DNA from: Chrysemys picta bellii
Lineage: Eukaryota
Length of the DNA stretch: 64,000 nucleotides
Reading direction: 5' to 3'
Assembly: GCF_011386835.1 (NCBI RefSeq)
Contig: NC_088800.1
Location: 79,918,001 to 79,982,000, forward strand
Shown piece by piece: positions 57,301 to 64,000 of the stretch. The notes below the pieces were generated by a model, which had not been told where the DNA came from, did no database searches, and saw only the letters and a program-made list of their open reading frames with translations. The first letter of the stretch is position 1; every line of letters begins with the position of its first letter. Made by a program: the position numbers and the translations under genes.

Positions 57301-59408
57301 AATGGCAGCTGCAGAGACATTGGCTGTCTGGGTTGGAAAGGGAAAGAGGAGGCCTGAGACATGACCTGTTAAGACAGAGATGAAGCAAGAAGGGAGGTTG
57401 AGACATTTTAGAGAAAGACTGGCCAAGCAGTCTCCTATCTCATAAGCACTTGCTGCTTCTCCATTGCCACGAAGTACAGTGGCTGGAGTAGCACAAGGCC
57501 TTTCTTCTGAAGACCTGGAGCTGGCAGGAGATGTTTTTGGGTTATGAGAACTGAAAAGGCTGAGCAGAGCTGAAAACGGGGGCTAGGTTCCACAAGTGGG
57601 CATGCAGCTGCAGAACCTGAACCTGATGCAGACAGACTTCTGAATTTTCCAAGTTGGCTTCAGATTTGTAAGGTGCTCAGATATCCGTGGTGGGCATGGT
57701 ATAAGAATCCCGGTAGGTTAGCTGAGAGTGGATTATCATTATCCTAGCTTTGTTATTTACCAATCTTGACCATTAAAGTATCTGGCCCTGGTGACTGGGT
57801 AACAAATGGCAGATGAAATTCAATGTTGCTAAATGCAAAGTAATGCGTATTGGAAAACACAATCCCAACTATACGTACAAAATGGTGGGATCTAAATTAG
57901 CTGTTACCACTCAAGAAAGAGATCATGGAGTCAATGTGGATAGTTCTCCAAAAACATCCACTCAACGTGCAACGGCCATCAAAAAAGCTAACAATATCAG
58001 GGGCCATCAGGCAAGGGATTGATAATAAGACAATAAATATCATAATGCCACTATATAAAGCCATGGTATGCCCACACTGTGAACACTGCATGCAGTTCTG
58101 GTTGCCCCATCTCAAAGATATATATTACGAATGGTAAAGGTACAGAGAAGAGCAACAAAAATGCTTAAGGGTATGGAACAGCTTCCATGTATGGAAAGAT
58201 TGAAAAGACTGGGACTATTCAGCTTGGAAAAGAGAGGACTAAAAGGGGATATGATAGAGATCTATAAAATCATGAACAGTGTGGAGAAATTAAATAAGGA
58301 ACTGTTATTTACTCCTTCACATAACACAAGAACCAGGGGTCACCCAATGAAATTAATAGGCAGCAAGTTTAAAAACAAATAAAGGGAAATACTTCTTCAC
58401 ACAACATACAGTCAACCTGTGGAACTCATTGCCAGGGGATGTTGTAAAGGACAAAACTGGGTTAAAAAAATTAGATAAGTTAATGAAGAATAGGTCCATC
58501 CATGGACCTAGGGATGGTCAGGGATGCAACCCCATTCTCTGGGTGTCCCTAAGCCTTTTACTGCCAGATGCTTGGATTGGACAACAGGGGATGGATCACT
58601 TGATAATTACTCTGTTCTGTTCATTCCCTTTGAAATATCTGGCATTGGACACTGTTGGAAGACAGGATACTGGGCTAGATTGCCATTGTTTCTGACTCAG
58701 TATGGCCGTTCTTATGGCCCTGTTTTAACTAAGGTGCGGTAAAATGACTCCTGTGATGGATCTAGGTATGCATGACAGTGGATCAATCCCCTATGAACTG
58801 ATTGAGGTAGTGTGATCTACAGTAGTTCACAGGACAGTTGACAACTAAGAGGTGCCCTTGTTCTTTGCTTGTGAATATATCTCATTTCAGATTTCTGTAT
58901 ATATAGCATTTTCTCGGATGCCAGCCTAAGGGACAATTATACATTAATAGCTACTTCTTTCAGAAGCAGCCAGCCCTGCTCCTGAGAAAGGGCTATTTTC
59001 AGGCAGCCCTGTTTCTGCGGAGCTGCTATTTTTAGTGACTTCTATTTCTGAGGGGAAGAAAGCCATTTCTTTATCTCTAAACCAGGCCCCAGACCCATTG
59101 GCTGTCTCACATTTTACAATAAACGTTTCCTCTTTACATCTCAGTAGCCTAGGGAAAGTGGATCTCCAGCCATTACACAAAGCAACAATCCAAGCAAGGT
59201 CTAACTAGGCAGACAAAGGATTTGCGGGAGCTGGTCTGTGCACACGTACCTTTGATTCCTTTTCTAATAACAGGGAAATGTAACAGTTCCCTCCTGGAAA
59301 ATGCAGGACTTTTGGATGCCTCATTTGGAAGTCCAATCTGCTTTCTGGTTTCAACATCCCAAGAGTAATGATTTATCCTGTGCTTCAGGTTTTTGTGATT
59401 CAGTCCAT
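54317..59408 (-). CDS. Putative uncharacterised protein, C-terminal about 217 aa, from 4 phase-compatible exons (5' exons not located)
   Basis: complement join(59250-59408,57158-57275,55024-55251,54317-54464); AG/GT boundaries; phases 1-1, 1-2, 2-2, 2-stop. Only the chained frame is open in the first three exons. No recognisable homology. Confidence 0.55.
55729..55920 (+). mobile_element. CR1 3' end (young subfamily)
   Basis: GGTCCCTTCCAGTCCTAGAATCTATGAATCTATGAAT tail. Confidence 0.88.
56004..56280. mobile_element. hAT MITE
   Basis: TIR CAGAGGCGGATTA / TAATCTGCCACTG; 8-bp TSD AGTAATGA/AGTAAAGA (7 of 8 match). Confidence 0.85.
56570..56900 (-). mobile_element. Ancient Deu-domain-type SINE, degenerate
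   Basis: CCTCAAAGCACTTTACAAAC tail and AATTTGGTCAGGACAC..TATGGGATCTTCAATG body in reverse orientation; ends approximate. Confidence 0.45.
57790..58716 (+). mobile_element. CR1 LINE 3' about 0.9 kb (degenerate RT C-terminus plus UTR)
   Basis: WQMKFNVAKCKVMRIG, LYKAMVCPH..CMQFW and QRRATKM..LGLFSLEKR motifs with frameshifts; TTCTTATG tail. Confidence 0.92.
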
Positions 59409-59438
59409 CTGTAGGTGTGGTAATATGTGTTGTGCATG

Positions 59439-60430
59439 TGTGACGGGTCTCAGTCACAACGGGGACACTGCCCTGCGGCCGGGTCTAGGAATTAGCTCTT
59501 ACCCACTCTGGAACCCTTTTCATCGATTGCTCGCACTGTTCCCCCATCTCTCTGTGTGACTTGGCCCTCCGGGCAGGTCACTATTTAATCCTCCCTTTCC
59601 AGAGTATCAAAGTCCCCTAGACAAACTGTCTGCATGCTGTGTCAGGCAGTCTTCCGATCAAAGTGCAGGTCCAGTACCTCTTTCCCAGTGGCTGGTAGGG
59701 GAACCCGGATCCACCCACTACTCCGACCTCCAGCCCAGGGACCCTATGCTTAGCAACAGTCTACTCAATCTCCAGCCTTGTTGCTGTTTCCCTGGGCTCC
59801 TTCCTACCTCATTTCTCTATTTCCTGCCCCACTGTGGGTTTCCCAGCCCAAGCTTTCTCCACTCCCAGTGGCTTCTTCACCCCCTCAGCTTCTTGCCAAA
59901 TGCTGTAATCCAGGGCAGGATCCCAGGGCTTACACCCCCCCTAAAACTCCTCCTTGTCCCTAGCCAGTTCCCTTTTTCCCTCAGCAGGTACTGCAGAACT
60001 CATCCCTGCTAGCAGGGCCGGCTCCAGCATTTCTGCCGCCCCAAGCAAAAAAAAAAAAAAAAAAAAAAAAAAGCCGCGATCGGCGGCAGCAATTGGAAAA
60101 AAAAAAAAAAAGCTGTGATCGGCTGTGGCAGTTCAGCGGCAGGTCCTTCGCTCCTAGAGGGAGTAAGGGACCTGCTGCCCCCGAATTGCTGCAGGTGCCG
60201 CCCCTCTCCCTTGGCCGCCCCAAGCACCTGCTTGTTAAGCTGGTGCCTGGAGCCGGCCCTGCCTGCTAGCCCCTCTTGTGCTCAACTTCCTGATTTTGTA
60301 CAAGCCCAGCCTGCCTTTGCCCAGCCGGGCTTCACCTTCAATTAGGCTTTATCAGGCCCTGACTCTCCTTCCGGTGCAGCCTATAAAGTTAATTGGCCCT
60401 TTTTAACCTGCTCAGGCCTTGGCAATGACA
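59439..60430. mobile_element. Probable solo LTR (Gypsy-type) carrying a nested hAT MITE
   Basis: Starts TGTGAC.., ends ..TGACA; composition resembles reptile Gypsy LTRs; no clear TSD. Confidence 0.5.
60013..60261 (-). mobile_element. hAT MITE (family of 746-1163)
   Basis: TIR CAGGGCCGGCTCCAG; perfect 8-bp TSD CCTGCTAG (60005-60012 and 60262-60269). Confidence 0.92.
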
Positions 60431-60493
60431 CTGTGTAAATGATTCAAGGCAACAAACGTCCCAGCTTTATGGTCATTAACCTATTGCACATAC

Positions 60494-60737
60494 CAGGGCC
60501 GGCTCCAGGCACCAGCTTAACAAGCAGGTGCTTGGGGCGGCCAAGGGAGAGGGGCGGCACCTGCGGCAATTCGGGGGCGGCAGGTCCCTCACGCCCTGAA
60601 GGAGAAGGACCTGCCGCCAAACTGCCGCCACCAATCGCGGCTTTTTTTTTTTTTTTCAATTGCCGCCGCCGATTGCGATCGCGGCTTTTTTTTTTTTTTT
60701 TTTGCTTGGGGCGGCAGAAATGCTGGAGCCGGCCCTG
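60494..60737 (+). mobile_element. hAT MITE, inverted relative to 60013-60261
   Basis: TIR CAGGGCCGGCTCCAG; TSD GCACATAC/GAACGTAC (6 of 8 match). Confidence 0.9.
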
Positions 60738-61987
60738 GAACGTACACATCTGGCTGAGATTGGAACTCAGAATCTGCAGCTCTAAGGTACAGTTTTCCCT
60801 CTATGGAAGATAAAAGAGGCTCCATTAGTGCAGAAGAAGCTGGATCTCACTAATATGATCCTGATCCCATTGAAGTTAATGGGAGTTTGTCATTGACTTA
60901 AATGGGTGGACGGGTCCAGTATTGTCTTGCGCCACCACCCTCAAAGTGCTATACGAGGGATGAGTTTATAGTAATATACCAGGAATACTTCTTTCTTATT
61001 AGCAGAACTAGCTCTAAGCTGGTGGCCAGATACGAGAGTGAAGCAACTCTCGTCAGAGGGAAGAAGTGCTAAGCTTGTCTCAGCTGGAAGTAGCTAGTGT
61101 TATAGCTCGTGACTGCTCCTGGACACTCCAGGCAGATTGCAACAGCAGTGTGGCTGAATGTAGCCGATTTGGGTGACAGCAGCATCAGTGGAGAACTAGA
61201 CCATAAAAGAACCCAGGGAGCTGCTCTTTTAGTTTACAGGCTAGATGCCAGGCATTCTGGAGGCAAAACTAGCAAGTTTGAATTCCTTGGCCTCCTCCAG
61301 ATGTTGTGCCTATGGGAATCACTACAGATTGGTGCCCAACCAGTTGGTGAACATCAGATACTCTGTCTCCTGCTGGAGGCCATCGCTAGAGAAGGAAGTA
61401 TGTGCTGATTTGTGGTGCATGGGCGACACCGCCCTCTACCAGAAAATAGGAGAATTGATCATAATACTGAACTCACAGAGTTTGTCCTTTAAATGGCCTG
61501 ATAGAGGACAGACTTTGAGGCGACTCTTGTCCTGAGTTCAAATCTGTTGCATTCTTTCAATGTCGCTTTTTAATACAGTTCAGCCACACCACCCAGCCAG
61601 CTGATCTTTTTCTTTCTCCAGTGTACTGCCCCTTCCCAGAGTTCGACAAGGGTTTCATGGAGATTTAGATGCTGCCATTCAGAGCAAGACCGTAAGTCAG
61701 TCCCATTTGCGCTGCAGCATCTCATTCACTCTGGGCGTGTTGTTATTTACATTGTTATTGTGGGCAGGACAAGAAGATCATTTCTACCGGAGCTGGATGT
61801 GCTGCTTGGAGTGGGATGCTCCTGATTTTAAGAGAACGGAACCAAAATATCACTATAAATCATCATTCCACTGGAAAACTGCTCCAAGCCTCCTAAGCAG
61901 TGAGACGCATCCCCTCTGGCCATATGGAAATGTGAACAAGCAGCTCTAACCGAGTATCTAACACACACGGGTTGCCACTGGCACTGC

Positions 61988-62109
61988 TAGGGTGACCAGA
62001 TGTCCCGATTGTATAGGGACAGTCCCGATTTTGGGGTCTTTTTCTTATATAGGCACCTATTACCCCCCACCCCATCCCGATTTTTTACACTTGCTATCTG
62101 GTCATCCTA
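61988..62109. mobile_element. hAT (Tip100-like) MITE
   Basis: TIR TAGGGTGACCAGA / TCTGGTCATCCTA; TSD GGCACTGC/GGCCCTGC (7 of 8 match). Confidence 0.85.
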
Positions 62110-63604
62110 GGCCCTGCTGATGCATCCGAGTTATGCTTCCTCATCAGCATAAGGATTTTCATAGCCAGATAAAAGGCAGAACAAATCCCCAGCAAATCCC
62201 ATAAAGGGAGACGGCTGGAAGAGGTTTCCTTAGCACACAGGAATGATACAGGAAGGGAAGTCCCTTTTCTTCTGGAATTATTACTTAATATATTGAGGTT
62301 TCATGCTACCATAAAGCCCCACTAATCAGGGTGCAACGGGGAAGGAGCTTGTTGCAGAGTAGACAAATGGCCCTGGAAAATGTGCTGTTGAAATGGCATG
62401 AGGAAGCTCTCAAAGTCCTTCCAACAGGGGGTGCTGTGATAATCAGGCCAGAGCATTCTGTTGCCATGACAGCAGAGGGCGTCCATTGTGTGGCAACAGC
62501 CCAGAGCTGCCATTCCACCCCAGGGGCACGAGGGAAGCTGGCTGGAGAGCTGTGTAATACCAGCAAGCGGGAGGGAGGAGCAACGGGGCTGGGTGAAGAG
62601 AAACACAGTATGCCCATATAGAAATAGAATAAGAAAGGACAGGATGGGGGTGGCACTGTGCTAGCATGTCACATCTGTACTTAAGCACGGCTATTGATAC
62701 CACCATTTCCCTGAGCCATGTGGGCAAAATTTTTTTTCTCGTTGTGACTACTGTGTTATATGTACTAGAGGCTATTTAGCAGATAAGTCTCTAGCACCCC
62801 TTAAATACCACAAGGATTTGCACTAATGATCCTGTGGTCATTCAGGTGCTGATCTGGTCTTTGGTGCAAATTAAAGGATGCCCTGATTTGCAGGCAGTTC
62901 TGGCAGCCCCTTTTTCTGAGCCAGACAATCCACACGTTCAGCAGGAGGGGACTTGGCGTAAAAGCCTCTCCGGCAGCTCTATGCCACCTGCGGATTGTCC
63001 TGCAAAGGGGCATATTCCATCAGCCGGGGAAGCCAGCTTCAGAACCGGTTGGCAGTATAGACACGATTAAAGAGAAAGAAGCTGGGGAGGGGAACTCATC
63101 ATATGTGGTGCAGAAAATCAGAGCAATGGGAAGCAAAGGAGACATTAGAGGACATAATTGCTGCAATTGATGTTTGAGATGTGTAACAGATGAATGGAAA
63201 TTTCCTGGATCTCAATGGGCTTGTAAGCCAATGAAAGGGAGAACACATTTATCTCTTAGCTTTGATCCTTGAAACCCCTCCAGGGGAACCTTCTAAATAA
63301 AGACACAGACATCACTAGATTTCCCTCAGCAGGATTTTACAATCTAAATGCAGCAAGAGAAGTGGGCAGCTTTGCCTCTGGCCCGGGCCATAGTGGATGC
63401 AAAGATGGCACCCCCCTGCCAGACCCTCTTGGCTGAAGGCACCATTTGTTCAGAGCAGTCTCTCTGCTGACCCTGGGAAGATGTGGACGGAAGAGTTTCC
63501 CTGAATAGGAAGGGCAGAGAAAGGTGCTTGCTTCCTGGCCATAGTGGGGACGAGGCATGGCAGGTTGCATCAGCTCAGCTGAAGCCTAGGGAAGTGTTGT
63601 GCAG

Positions 63605-63657
63605 GAGGTCAGACTAGGTGATCACAATGGTCCATTCTGGAATCCATGAATTTATGA
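63605..63657 (+). mobile_element. Short CR1 3' end
   Basis: GGTCAGACTAGGTGATCACAATGGTCCATTCTGG..TATGA. Confidence 0.55.
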
Positions 63658-64000
63658 AGTGCGGAGAGACCCGTCTTCCCAACCACTGCGAGCTGGGGCT
63701 TGCATCAGTCCTGGGCCATGCGCTATGCCTACAGCATTGATAGACCTGACTGGTATTAAATAAAACTTTGTCACATTTTTAAGCCTGGTCTAAAGAGGTT
63801 CTCAACTGTGAGTAGAGCAATGTTGGTTTTTTTTACAGAGTAAGAATTCCCTAACTCCGGGAAAAGCCAGGACTCATTGGCAGCCTTTCTAAGGCCTGAC
63901 CGCCTTTGTATTCTGGGCTCAGGCAAAGAACAGTATATGAAGCATGAGTGAGTCTCGGCTGCTTCTATCAGAATGAGAGCTCATTATTTGGCACTTTCTC

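Noticed and set aside
62306-63570. Further minus-strand exon candidates (acceptors at 63500, 62999, 62588) as 5' exons of the unassigned gene
   Set aside because: The acceptors look plausible, but donors are weak and several frames are open, so no unique phase chain can be supported.

Overview
Vertebrate genomic DNA; the repeat content (Penelope-like elements, CR1, hAT and Harbinger MITEs, MIR/LF-SINE-like SINEs) points to a turtle. The window holds the conserved block ARPC1B(+), PDAP1(-), BUD31(+), PTCD1(-), CPSF4(+), ATP5MF(-). All six coding sequences can be rebuilt exon by exon with intact frames, two of them using a GC-AG intron, and two gene pairs share bidirectional CpG-island promoters. 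The most unusual structure is at 45690-47012: a Penelope-like insertion with a target-site duplication, made of two identical 288-bp inverted arms that each carry a minimal hammerhead ribozyme motif. The arms enclose a stop-free 683-bp Gypsy gag/zinc-knuckle/protease fragment flanked by a duplicated palindromic AGCT. Two smaller Penelope fold-back insertions show the same asymmetric inverted architecture, and one has its junction at the predicted ribozyme cleavage site. Beyond ATP5MF there is a phase-compatible 4-exon open chain on the minus strand (54317-59408) that I cannot assign to a known gene. All calls come from manual reading; no database searches were run.
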